NCBI GenBank assembly: GCA_049999805.1
Contig: JBNGIO010004209.1
Location: 1-52,913 of the forward strand
Length of the DNA: 52,913 nucleotides
From: Folioceros fuciformis
Taxonomy: Eukaryota
Direction: 5' to 3'
Part shown: positions 24,901-36,645 of the stretch, piece after piece
Layout of the letters: each line of letters starts with the position of its first letter
How positions within the stretch are numbered: the stretch's first letter is position 1
Notes under the pieces: model-generated
Told to the model about the DNA's origin: nothing
The model's input: only the letters and a program-made list of their open reading frames with translations
Databases searched by the model: none
Program-made: the position numbers and the translations under genes

Positions 24901-25007
24901 AAAATATAAAATATTTTAAACAGACAACCAAAAATAGCATGTAGTACATTAGAACTTTTAGAAAACTCTTTCCTTCCACCTCTCCGTCTCGTACGCCGAC
25001 GTCGCCA

Positions 25008-25100
25008 AGGCCCAATCTGGCACCTCACGATTGCTTGAAGAATATTTTTGACAAGAGGATTAGAAAGGCCAGATCATATCTAAGGTGAGGTTTAGGGTTT
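25008..25100. promoter_or_regulatory. Site II element plus telo-box upstream of RPL38
   Basis: AGGCCCA (site II, TGGGCY reverse) at about 25008 and TTAGGGTTT (telo-box AAACCCTAA reverse) at 25092-25100. This pair is typical of plant ribosomal-protein promoters. Confidence 0.6.
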
Positions 25101-25210
25101 TCTTCTGCTCTTTGTATCCGGTGCCTGCGGCCAGGTTTTCCTTTCGCTTCGCCATAGCTCGGGAGTGTTACGCTGCTGGAGGGTGTGCGGCTCAGCCGAG
25201 CGCGGGAAAG

Positions 25211-25656
<446 letters not shown>

Positions 25657-26728
25657 GACGTCAGGAGTGCCTCCGGTGAGAGGCTTCATTTTTATGTGTG
25701 TGAGAGAGATGGGCGCAGGATTAGGTTTGCAGTAGAGATTGTCTGGCCGCCATAGGGATGGCCGCGGGAACACCAGAGTTCTTTGTGCTATTGGAGCGGA
25801 ATTTTGTCGCAACCAAGTGAAATTGTCTTTCAAGGCGTCGGTCTTAACCATTCATCACTTGTGCAGTTTATCATCCTCTTGTCTCAGATTTTATTGCCAC
25901 CCTGGGGTCCAATGAGCCCTACGAGCTCTTTTAATTTCTGATGTTTGCGGAGCGGAGCGATATCTGTGCCCTTGTGTTCTTAGGGCCTGACCTATGGCTC
26001 GTCGTGACCTCCTCCCCGGAGCCATATCTACGCTTTTGTGTTCCTAGGGTCGCACCTACTCCTCGTCTTGACCTCCTAGTGTACACTGAAAACTTTCCCG
26101 TATCATTTCCTTGGTGGAACGAACGTTGTCTCGCAGAAGGACCGAACCATCGACATCGTCCGACAGTGCTTGCACTCGATATCCGGCATTCGATTTGTAA
26201 ATAATAATAACAACCTAAAAATTTTCACAGAAAGTACCGCAGTTGCAGTTCTTGTTTCTTTCCGCAGCTGCCGTTCTACCTACACGTGGTGTGCAGCCAC
26301 GAATCCCACATGCCCGAGTGGAAGCGCTCAGTCCATCACTCTTGAAAGCCATCAGTCGATAAGACTCCTGATGCTTAGGCCACACCGCCGCACACATATC
26401 GGAAAGGGCATGCCAGCCCAGACATCAATCGAGCTGTCTTCCAAAATCCCACTCGAGCTAGATAACAAAATTTTATCAAGAGAATCACCCCCCACCAGCT
26501 CGCAGCTCTGAACTCTGACTACCTATACCCGACAGTGAAATAATGTAGTCCAAGCACGATAACGGCACCTAATTTTGCACAAAAAAACAGCACAGGTCAG
26601 TTAATTAAGGTATCAGCAATATGCTGATTTCCATCCTGCGGTCCTCTGACACTTCTGCAAGAATGTCCGGGAAGGGCCTTGCCGGATCACACAGAACGTT
26701 TCTGCATTTGGAGGCTCTCTTGTTTCTT

Positions 26729-27783
26729 TCAGGAATGGCTTCCTATCAAAGAGGCCAGGTGAATGGAGTAAGCTATGATACACCCTAAGGCTGCTCCAGC
26801 GGCAACCTGCCACAAAGAAGGAAGTAGAAAAGGAAGGTCAGGAACCCTAGCCATGATCATGCACCAGATCCGACGAGTAGGACAACAGGAGCCATGAGAC
26901 CTGTGGTGGTGTGTGCCCTATAGGTTCTCTGAGAGGCCGAGAATCGGAAAGGGGGTGTTCAGGTGGCAGCTCGTACACAATCTGGTTCAACACCTGCGCC
27001 CAAGAAGTTGGCGAATTCAGCAAGTCCGTTCCCTGCTACATGTCACAAGTGAATGCTGTGCCCTTCAGAAACAGTTGTGGCACACCTCGGCTTGGCGCCC
27101 AGCCTGCAGACGAACACCCGACGCATCGTACATTACCTGCATCACACATGGACAAGCTTAACCTACCCTGGCTCGAAGGGACAGAATAGTGCAACCAGAG
27201 AACGACACGCAGTTCAGCTGGGCTGAGAGGCAGAAGTAATTACAACGCTTGCCACCACCAGTGCAAGGGCAAAAAGGGAACCTCCGACGCCATCTCGGAG
27301 TCCAATGGCCACAGTGAGTCCCATGACCGTAGCAGAGTGCGACGAAGGCATGCCGCCGGATCCCACTAGCCTCTTCACATCCCAGCGCTTCTCCTTGTAC
27401 CTAAAATTGCGCAATCTCGGAACAGCAATGAGAGGCAGGGAGCAGGGCCGGGAGGCAGGTGAGAGCAAAGCGTGTGCCCTCTCTAGTCACATCCTCATGC
27501 TGCAACATCCAGAAGCTTCCGTTCACGCAAGTGGCAGCCAGATGAGGAGAGGACGGTTCAGGATCTCAAAAAGCCGAATTGCAGCATCCAATTCAGGTTG
27601 AGGAAGAAGGAGGAACGCATACCACGTGGTGAGCACCTTCAGAGCTTGGGCCACGGCGAAGGCCAGGAAGGCCGCCACCAGCGGCAGATTGGCAAACAGC
27701 GAGGCAGCGCGGCCGGCGTTTGCCAGCAACGAGTTTGCCGTGTCTGGATGTGCATCAGCTGCCACAGCCACCTCCATGCTCAT
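26729..27783 (-). CDS. DUF212 acid phosphatase/vanadium-dependent haloperoxidase-related membrane protein, 5 exons
   Basis: LVAAFLAFAVAQALKV, GSGGMPSSHSATV, VMYDASGVRLQAGRQAEVLNQIV and LREPIGHTPPQVAAGA. Confidence 0.93.
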
Positions 27784-28305
27784 GTCCGCCACTACTTCAT
27801 GCTCTGCTGCTGCTGCTGTCGACTAGAATCACAGGTCCGACGGAGTTCAGGAAGCGCCCACCATCTACACTCTCCAATTCCAGGCGACACACACTCAGAA
27901 CTGGTCTCTGAGCTCTCCCGTGCGGCAGCTTCCGTTGAGATGCGAACAATATGCCTCTACATGCTTTGAGATAGTTAAGTTGCTAAAGCTTCCTTTCTGT
28001 TTCGTTCTTCGTGGGGTTAGGGGCGGTTAGCCTTTCTTCCGAAGTCCGGCATGGTATCAGTAAATGTTGATGGAATCAGCCCATCTTTTCTTATTCAAAT
28101 ATCATGGTAAGCATACCTCCTCCCATCAATAATTGGAAGGAGCCAGCCCAAGTCTCATGCCACGAGTCCTCTCATTCAAAATTTGATGGAATCAGCCCAA
28201 CCTTCCTGTTCCCAATCTGACTGCATGACTCCTCTCATCCAAAAATTTGATGGGAATCAGACTACCTTATCGAATCCAGAAATTTTCCCTTTCCAAGGAA
28301 CTAGA

Positions 28306-30066
28306 CTACTTGGTGCTGCTGCCCACGGCGCGTTTCGCCGGGGAGTACTTGGATTCAAGATCAAACCAAGACTCCAAGCTCACCAGCTCGTTGAACTCCT
28401 CAAATGTGGCCAGGGTATCGAGCTTGTGTCGAGTGGTGCCCCTCTCCTTCAACTCCTTGGTAATGTTCATCAAAGCTCGGGCTGATGCATACAACGTTGT
28501 CAGAGGGTGGACTATCAGCTGGAATCCCATGGCACGAAGCTCGTCTGCAGTGTGCAAGGGAGTAACCCCTCCTTCCAGCATGTTGCACACCCTTGGTCCC
28601 TTCGTCCGTTTGCCTATCTCGATGAGCTCGGAATCATCTCGAGGAGCCTCGACAAAGCTTGCATCTGCACCAGCCTGTGTGCAGAACACCCCAAGAGTGA
28701 GAAAGCCGATGAGCAGATGAAAGCGGTTACCCTGCTTGTTATTACCTCCATGTACAGGTTGGCACGGGCAATGGCATCCTCCAGCCCTGTTTTAGCTGAA
28801 GTCGCTCGTGCATCCGTTCTTGCTACCAGAAAAAAATCGGCACTGCCTATGACGTCTCTAGCTGCTGCAATCTTCGCAGCATGCTCCTCAGCAGGTATGA
28901 CCTTCAATTCAAGAACACATTCAGCACATAAACCACTGGGTACAGAAGACAACCAAGACACAGAAGAAACAACGAAGGGAGAGAAACACCTGTTTTCCAC
29001 GAATATGACCTGTGATAATCAATCACAAGACAGAGGAGTTGAAGATATGATCAACGTCATCTTCATGGGACGTGAGGGGGGAGTCGTCCCATTGAGGAGC
29101 AGTCTAAAGTAGAACTACTACCCAACCCTTGACGACGTAGTGCCTTTCACAAGCATCAACTTTAGGGAAAAGGAAATTTGGGAAAGGTTTTACATGAACA
29201 ACATACCACACTTTTTGGGCCATACTTGATCCTGCACACATCACGAAAGTTTTGCATCAGTTGAGGCCTCCCTCTGGAGTGGAGATGAGAGGGAGGGCTT
29301 AAAAATTGAGAAAGTAACTTTTTGGGATAGAATTGCGGAAGTAACACGTCCAGAAATCGATTGAGAAGGCTTACTTCGAGGAAGCAGCCTGCTGCCCCCG
29401 CTGCAATGAGATCTCGAACAGTTCTTTGGACATTCAGTGCATTACCACCTCCAGTGTCTGCCACATTGAAAGAACTTTCGGGTCAGAACAAGGGTTGCCT
29501 GCTCATGTCAAGGCTGCAAGAACGAGTGGCACACCAGCGTCAGCAATGATGGGTATCGTGGGAGCAGCTGCACAAATCAGCCGAGCATTTGCTGCCATCT
29601 CGGGAGGTCTGTTCGACGAACACATTCCATGCGACGGTAAGTTACAAAATGGTCCAAGGCTCGAGCATTAGCGTCAAGGAATCCGGCTAGAGAGATAAGG
29701 GGATCGCTGACAGAGCACTCACGTCAAGAATCCGAAGTCAGGCTTCCCCAGCAGACTGGCAGACATTGCGTATCCCGATATGAACCCTGCATTGAACCCC
29801 GTTTTCTCCAAAATTGCAGCAGACAGCGCGTCGTAACAGCCGGGCATAAGAACAACCCCGTTCTCTTGAATCAGTCGGTGAACCCTCGTGCTGCCTCCAA
29901 CAACGCCGTTGCCACTGGCGGCCCGCACGCCCAAGGACTTGGCGTCCCTAAAATTACTCTTGCAGGGAACAAACAGCTTCACAGATGCGCCGGTGAAGGA
30001 AGTCCCAGGAAGAATTGCACCCCCCGCATGCCCAGCACCAACACTCGGCACGGTAGCCGCAGCCAT
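28306..30066 (-). CDS. PEP mutase/isocitrate lyase superfamily enzyme (carboxyvinyl-carboxyphosphonate phosphorylmutase / 2,3-dimethylmalate lyase-like), plastid-targeted
   Basis: Transit peptide, MPGCYDALSA, ISGYAMSASLLGKPDFG, IIADADTGGGNALNV, EDQVWPKKCGH, FFLVARTDAR and GADASFVEAP. Includes a 20-nt micro-exon near 28990-29009. Confidence 0.93.
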
Positions 30067-30536
30067 GACTCTCTCGGACCCCGGGGAATCAGTTCACAAA
30101 TCTGGCTGCAGACACAGACAATTCCAAATTATCGACTCTCCACATCCTCAGCGAGCCAGTGAACTCCCTTCAAACTCAGACAAAGTAGCCCGCAACACTA
30201 CCAAACTCCAAACAATTGCATCCACGGCTTCTCACACAGAAACCACACTAAGACAGAGCTGCCAGCTCAAGTCTTCCACAGTCCAAGACAGATCACCACC
30301 GCCTATGCAACACCTGTCAACTTCACAATGCACAGCACAAGGTACAGTACAGGGAACCGCAACACACCACCGCAAACCTGGTCCCCTAAGCCCGACCCAA
30401 CCTGAGGCCGGGGAAGCGTACCAAACCGATCCCGCAACCCCAGTCGGTCCTAGTGCAACACCGCACCTCACCGCGACGAGCGCTGGCCGAGCTGAGAGAA
30501 GAATAAACCCGACCGTGCACCCCACACTCGATGAGC

Positions 30537-30545
30537 ATTTTATAG
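30537..30545 (-). promoter_or_regulatory. TATA box of the PEP-mutase-family gene
   Basis: CTATAAAA on the minus strand, upstream of a putative 5'-UTR intron (GTGAG donor near 30470, CTGCAG acceptor near 30106). Confidence 0.45.
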
Positions 30546-31686
30546 CGTCCTCGACTCCAACTCAGACTCGAGTACGAGAACATATCCGTTCAGACTTTCC
30601 GGTTCCGGCCAATGAGAGTGCCAGCCAGGAAGAGCATCTCTCTCCGTCTCCCCTGAGAGCATGCACGACAGCAGGCTGGCCCGACATCTGTGTCCGAACT
30701 TGCCTTTGTCGCCAGCAACCAGTCCGTCCATTGGAGCTGCATCTGTGCGAGCTCATCGGGACTGCTGTTGTGAGGTTCGTGTGAATGCAATGCGCACAAT
30801 CTGAGGATCGATGGATAGGTTGTCAATCTTGATAGACAACAAACATTGTGTCGATCGGGCCTGGATTGGACGTGGTGTGTGTGACCTTCCCCGGCTCCTT
30901 ACCTAAATCGCATCCTTGCATGACATCCCCGACCTCCCTGTGTTCGACAACACGCAGTGTTGAAAGAGGCCAGTTCCAGCTCACGGGACGTGCTGGTGTC
31001 TCATGTACGCGGCAGGGCTGACGTTGGATTGAGAACATATCTGTGTCCAGACATGCGTCCTTATCCGGCGTTACAAACGTCTATGTACATACATGCTTAC
31101 AGTATATATGTACTTGTACATATATCTCGGATGAGGGACCGGGGATCCACTGTGTGTTGAAGGCTTGGATTCCCACCCTCGCCATGGACATGGAACGGTA
31201 TAGCTATTATGGCTCCTACTATTGTCGCAACCTACTGAATTTGTTTCACCCATGGTAAAAAGTTAAAAAAAACGATTGTGAAACGAGATAGAATAATCCA
31301 TCTATCATGGAAAAGGAAGAATTATTCAAAAAATTGCTACCGGACGAAAGCAACGGGTGCAACGTAGCCGGAAAATGTAGCCAAGGAGGAAGATATTTGG
31401 GGGATGCGGCCTTGGGTTGGAAGGCTGTGTCTGTGCCCAAGTCTGGCAGGAAATGGCCGTAGAGCTAAGAGCCGGGGATGGCGCCCTGGCACATCCTGGC
31501 CCACCAGGAAGGAACGGCAACCTGAGATGTGCTTGGAGCCCTAGGAGCATTTGAAGGAAGGAAGAGCGGGCCTGGGGAAGGGGCCGGCCATCGTCTCCTT
31601 TCCTCCTTCCCCCTTCCTCCTTCCTCCTCCGGCTATTCTGTGGAGTTGCAGGGAGGGAGGAGACAGGGTAGGTAGCTGCTGCTGCC

Positions 31687-33266
31687 ATGGCGGGCCACCT
31701 CCGTGGCAGCCTGTGGGGGTTGGCTGTGGCGATCCTCCTGGAAGGACTGTGCTTGGTGGCAGCAAAGGTGGAGGAGCCTCTCCTCATCCAGCTGGTGGGA
31801 AGGAATGCCGTGGACGAGGACCCCGATTTGATCACCTCGTTGCCGGGGGCGCCCCCGGTGCCGTTTGCAATGCGGTCGGGGTACATTACCGTGGACGAGG
31901 CCCACGGCAGAGCTCTCTTCTACTGGCTCGTGGAGGCCGATGTGCCGGACCCGGACTCCGCCCCCCTCACGCTCTGGCTCAATGGCGGCCCCGGATGCTC
32001 GTCCGTCGGGGGTGGGATGCTCAGTGAGCTCGGTCCTTACTTCCCTAATAAGGACGGGAAGACGTTGCAGGTGAGTGAGACTTCGGGCTTGGTGAATGGG
32101 TTGGTGCGGTTTGGTGCGATGATTTGTTGCAGGGTTGGCTGGCATTCGGGGAAGAGGTGTTCTGAGAGTGCGAGGCGTGGGGTTGGGGGCAGGTGAATCC
32201 GCACAGTTGGAACAAGGTGTCTAATCTGCTCTTCGTCGAGTCTCCCGCGGGAGTGGGCTTCTCGTACTCCAACACCTCGGCCGATTACAAAACCGGGGAC
32301 GACAAGACTGCGGCAGACTCGTATGTGTTCCTCGTGAAGTTCTTCCAGCAGTACCCCAAGTACGCGCAAAGCAAGTTCTACATCACGGGCGAGAGCTACG
32401 CCGGGCACTACGTCCCGCAGCTGGCCCAGCTCATTGTGGAGAAGAACAAGGTGGAGGAATTCGAGATCAATCTCAAGGGGGTGGCTATCGGGAACGCCTG
32501 GACGGACGCGGAGATCGACAACTGGGGCGCGGCATTCTACTGGTGGTCGCACGCGCTGCTGTCCGACAAGACGTTCTTTGGGATCGTGGAGGCCTGCAAC
32601 TTTTCCTCCATAGGGCCCTTGTTGCAGAAGCGCGACGATTGTTACAAGTTTCTGGACTCAGCGGACCGGGAGCTGGGGAAGATCAACATTTACGAGATCT
32701 ACGTCGACGTGTGCATCTCCCCCTTCGCCAAGGCCCAGACCCGACAGTTCGCCACCCACCTCAGCAAAACGCCGTTGGGGAGGATGGCCACGCGGCCGCT
32801 CCTGCAGACCGCGGATGGGTACGATCCCTGTGTGGACGACGAGGTGGAAGCCTACCTCAACATCCCAGAGGTGCAGAGGGCGCTGCACGCCAACACCACC
32901 GGGCTGCGGTGGAAGTGGACGGACTGCTCCTACATCGTTCGCTACTCCGGGGTGGACTTCATGGCCAGCATCATCCCCGTGTACCGTGATCTGGTGGATG
33001 CGAAGCTGCAGATTCTCGTCTACAGTGGAGACACGGATGCCATCGTGCCGGTGACGGGGTCCAGGAAGTGGATTTCCACTCTGGGCCTGAACATTATCAA
33101 GGACTGGAGGCCTTACTATGTGGATCGGCAGGTGGGCGGCTATGTCACTATCTATGACGGGCTCACGTTTGCCACCGTCCGAGGTGCTGGGCACATGGTG
33201 CCCTATACCCAGCCTGCCAGAGCTCTGCATCTCTTCCGATCTTTCATCGAGAACACTGCTCTCTAG
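31687..33266 (+). CDS. SCPL: Serine carboxypeptidase-like protein, clade II (S10), one intron 32071-32192
   Basis: Signal peptide, LWLNGGPGCSS, LFVESPAGVGFSY, catalytic GESYAG, YSGDTDAIVP and VRGAGHMVP. Confidence 0.96.
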
Positions 33267-33961
33267 GTCGGTCGACCTGCTGCGGGCCCTTCGGTACCCC
33301 GACGGGTATGGCTGTTCACTGTCGGGGCCGGTTCTCCACGACCAGCGGCTTCGTGGCACCTCCCGTGCATTTCAAGGGATTCAAGTGGCCGAGTTTGGTC
33401 GTTTTGGATGCCCTGTTTGTTATCTGTCTGTCGGGTTTGTGATGGGGAGGGTTCCCCTTCGCACTAGAGCAGCAGGCAGCCAGATAAATGCAGGAAGTTG
33501 AAGTGAGGAAGACTGGAGCCCGATAAGCCAGGAGCCTCCTTCGTTCAGTATGAACGGTTGTTTGGTAGTCTGTTCCGTTTATCCGCTTCACTTTCTGTCT
33601 TCTGGGTGCTTGTATTACTTAATCACACCTTGTGCACTTTCGCAATGCATCGAGCATTTGCAACCTCTGGGGTTTTCCATCGTGCAAGCTTTTGCTTCAG
33701 CGCCTTCTTTGTGCTAGACTACGTGAGTAGCTTGCTTGTCTTGTTGAAGGTGAATATGTCAGTGAGTTGTATGCTGCTTCAACGGCTTGTGTGTGACGTT
33801 TCAACAACTCTTCATTTGGATGCATCTCCTTTCAACATTCATTCCGGTTCTTCGATTTCTGATCAGAGTGTGCTGACTATGTCTGAGCGCGCTTTGAGCT
33901 GAAGTAGATCTTTGTCTTGGAAGCAGACAGTGGAAAGCAGACAGCCATCAAGTGCTTCAAT

Positions 33962-35321
33962 ATGTCTGGAGTAGAGGCCATGTGTAAGCGCATTTCTTCG
34001 CATTTCCTTGTTGGAAGTTGAATAAGCTGCATATCGCTGAAGTTCCCACCTCTGACACTCACCTCTACAACGTGCAGGTTACAAGAGCCTGCCCAAGCAT
34101 GAACTAGCAGTGGGAGGTCCAGTCTCAGATGCGGAGACGTTCGAGGATGTGACACGGGCCATTGAGATCGTGGATGAGCTGCTGTGCGACACTCTGCCTG
34201 GAGCCATGGCTCAGGTGGAGCAAGCTTTCTCTGTGGTGCAGATGGTAAAGAGCGTGCTCCAAGAGGTGAGCCGCAAGCACGGCGGTGACGACACCGACGG
34301 ACAGTCGGACATAGCCCGTGATGCCATGCAAGCTCTCGGATACACGGAACCGAACTCACCGACTCCATCCGTCGAAGAGTGGATTGCAACCTGGCAGAAC
34401 TGCTCGGCACGGACCGCGATCCACAGGGAAGACATCGTGGAAGGTGCCAGGAATCGAGAAGGGAACGAAAACTCTCCACCGCGCACTCCGCGGTCTGGGT
34501 ATTCGAGCTTGGCGACTCCGGAATCCGGCAGTACGAGGAAGGCTAGCACTGCGTCGTCTCCGTATGCGGAAGCGGCAAAGTCACATTCCCGACCTCGTTC
34601 TGTGGAGGAGAAAGCGCTTCCAGGGAAGCAATACGGACAGGAGGGCGCAATGCGCTCAAGATCGAGCAAGAAACTAAGCCCGGACACTGATACTATCAAG
34701 GTGAACTTGCTCAGGACTCCGAGCCCTGTGTATGGCAAGACCAGGCCGCTTTCGGACTTCATGCGCACGAACTCAGTCAGCCCTGGTTCCGGCAAGAACA
34801 GCGGGGGGAAGGCGCAACTTTTGGAAAAGAAGCCGCGCACGCCAGTGATGCAGGACGTGACTCCGGGAAAGCTCAAGGCTGCCTCGCCGGCCAGGGACGA
34901 GCCTGCTGCGATGGCGCCGATTCACCCTGGTGACGGAATGGACGAGACGCAGCACATCCACAACGACATCGAGACGGAGCTGGAAGTGGCAGGCTGGCTG
35001 TGCGATCAGCATGGGAAGGCGCACGCACGTCTGAAACAGCATATTGCATCGGCGTACGCTGGTGAGCCCATGACGTGTGAGAAGCAGATGAATCTGGAAC
35101 GGCAGGCTGCTCTCAGCTACTGCAGCAACGTCGTTGGTGGCGCGGAGAAAATCAAAGAAGTTTCCCCGGAGACGCTCAAGAAACTGCAGCGTACGAGTCC
35201 GCCGCCGATCAACACTCGGCCCCGCTGCAGCGGCTGCGGAAGCAAAGAGCACATTCCCCTGCAATGCCCGGCAACAGCCATGGGGGTAACAGTTGGCGAC
35301 CTTCTGGCCAACGTTGCTTAA
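33962..35321 (+). CDS. Orphan protein with Ser/Pro-rich low-complexity middle and C-terminal CCHC zinc knuckle
   Basis: 403-codon open frame. A 22-nt first exon (ATG 33962, GTAAG donor 33984) splices in frame to the TGCAG acceptor at 34077. CSGCGSKEHIPLQC matches CX2CX4HX4C. Confidence 0.65.
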
Positions 35322-36645
35322 TAGTCGACTAGCTAGACCTTAATAATGCCGTAGTCGAGTGAAATACAGTACTGTACCCAGTTCACGAATGAGCACTGCA
35401 ATGACGTTGCATTCGCTGCTTTGGTACATAGCGGGAACCTGGTTTTTAGAAACCCGATGCTTTTGCGCTTTGAAAGTACTGTACATAGTTGAAGCCTACT
35501 ATAATAAGACCAATGAACAGGCGTCCAATCTCTCGTCTTCCTTGTTTGTCACACAACACGACTGGCCCGTTGCACTCAGGTAGTGTCAGGCCGACCAGTT
35601 AACACCGACCACCTGGCTGGTAGAGCTGGAAAGCGCGTATGTGCATAATTTGACTAGCCCGAGAGAGAGCACACAAGGAACAAGTCTCAAGTCGTACCTA
35701 GAACTGCCGATGCGGATAGTGCCTACTTCTAGCACCGTCTCCATGACCAAGCACCATGAGAAGAAACGAGAGTACACCTCACACCCGGCTGGGATAATTC
35801 GTGGACCACTAGAGGATCGCTGCAGTCTGCTTGTCACAATCACCACACTACAATTGGCGATCAACGAACAGCTTAATAACCTGCTTTGAATCTGTCAGAA
35901 ATCAAACGAGAAGCGGAGGGATACAGAATGGAAGTGCGGAAAGTCAGATGCATTTTCGAAGAGAAGAAGTACGTGGATGAAGCGGAAGCCTTTCAATAAG
36001 AGATGAGGAAACAATAGCACGCTTACTCTACAGGTCGACGAATTCTGCCTACGAGTCTTGGGATCATAGAAAGACAACTTGAATGTGCACATTTAAAAAT
36101 AGAATGTCCTCCCCTCAGGTACTGTCCTCCTCGACAACACATGGCAAATCATCTCCTTCGCTGTTTGCATACACCTAAAGAAAAAGTACATGGAGACTAG
36201 CGAAACATAAGAGAAAAAATCTATACATGAATTGAATTGAAGTATGCTCGTCTCTGCTTCTCCACCTCCCCCTCACAGGTTTTGAAATCGGCAACTCAAC
36301 CAAGCACTATTATGTGCAACACAACATTGGCTTCCTACAACCGTTGCCTGCTCTGTGAGTGAATAGGAGCACAACTCAGGGTAAATCCCCATTGAGTTAG
36401 ATGCATGTCTTCCAGGCCATGTTGCCAGCCACCAGTTGCTGCTGGCGAGCAAATGGTGGAACCTTTACTTCCCTGAAGATAAAAGATTGGCTTCACGCAC
36501 GAAAGATCAGAACTCTGAATTGCATACAGTACAGCGTCAGGTAATTGCAAGGAATTTCTGATCTGTCCCGTCTAATGCACACTTTATTGGACGCCACCAG
36601 CCTGCAGGGTTTTCAAGTTGCGTATCCTTCAAAGAAACATCGCAC

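Noticed and set aside
25092..25100. Interstitial telomere
   Set aside because: A single TTAGGGTTT unit is better explained as a telo-box in a ribosomal-protein promoter.
29888..30784. 298-aa plus-strand ORF
   Set aside because: It is antisense to exon 1, the 5'-UTR intron and the promoter of the lyase gene, and is low-complexity T/P/S-rich with no domain.
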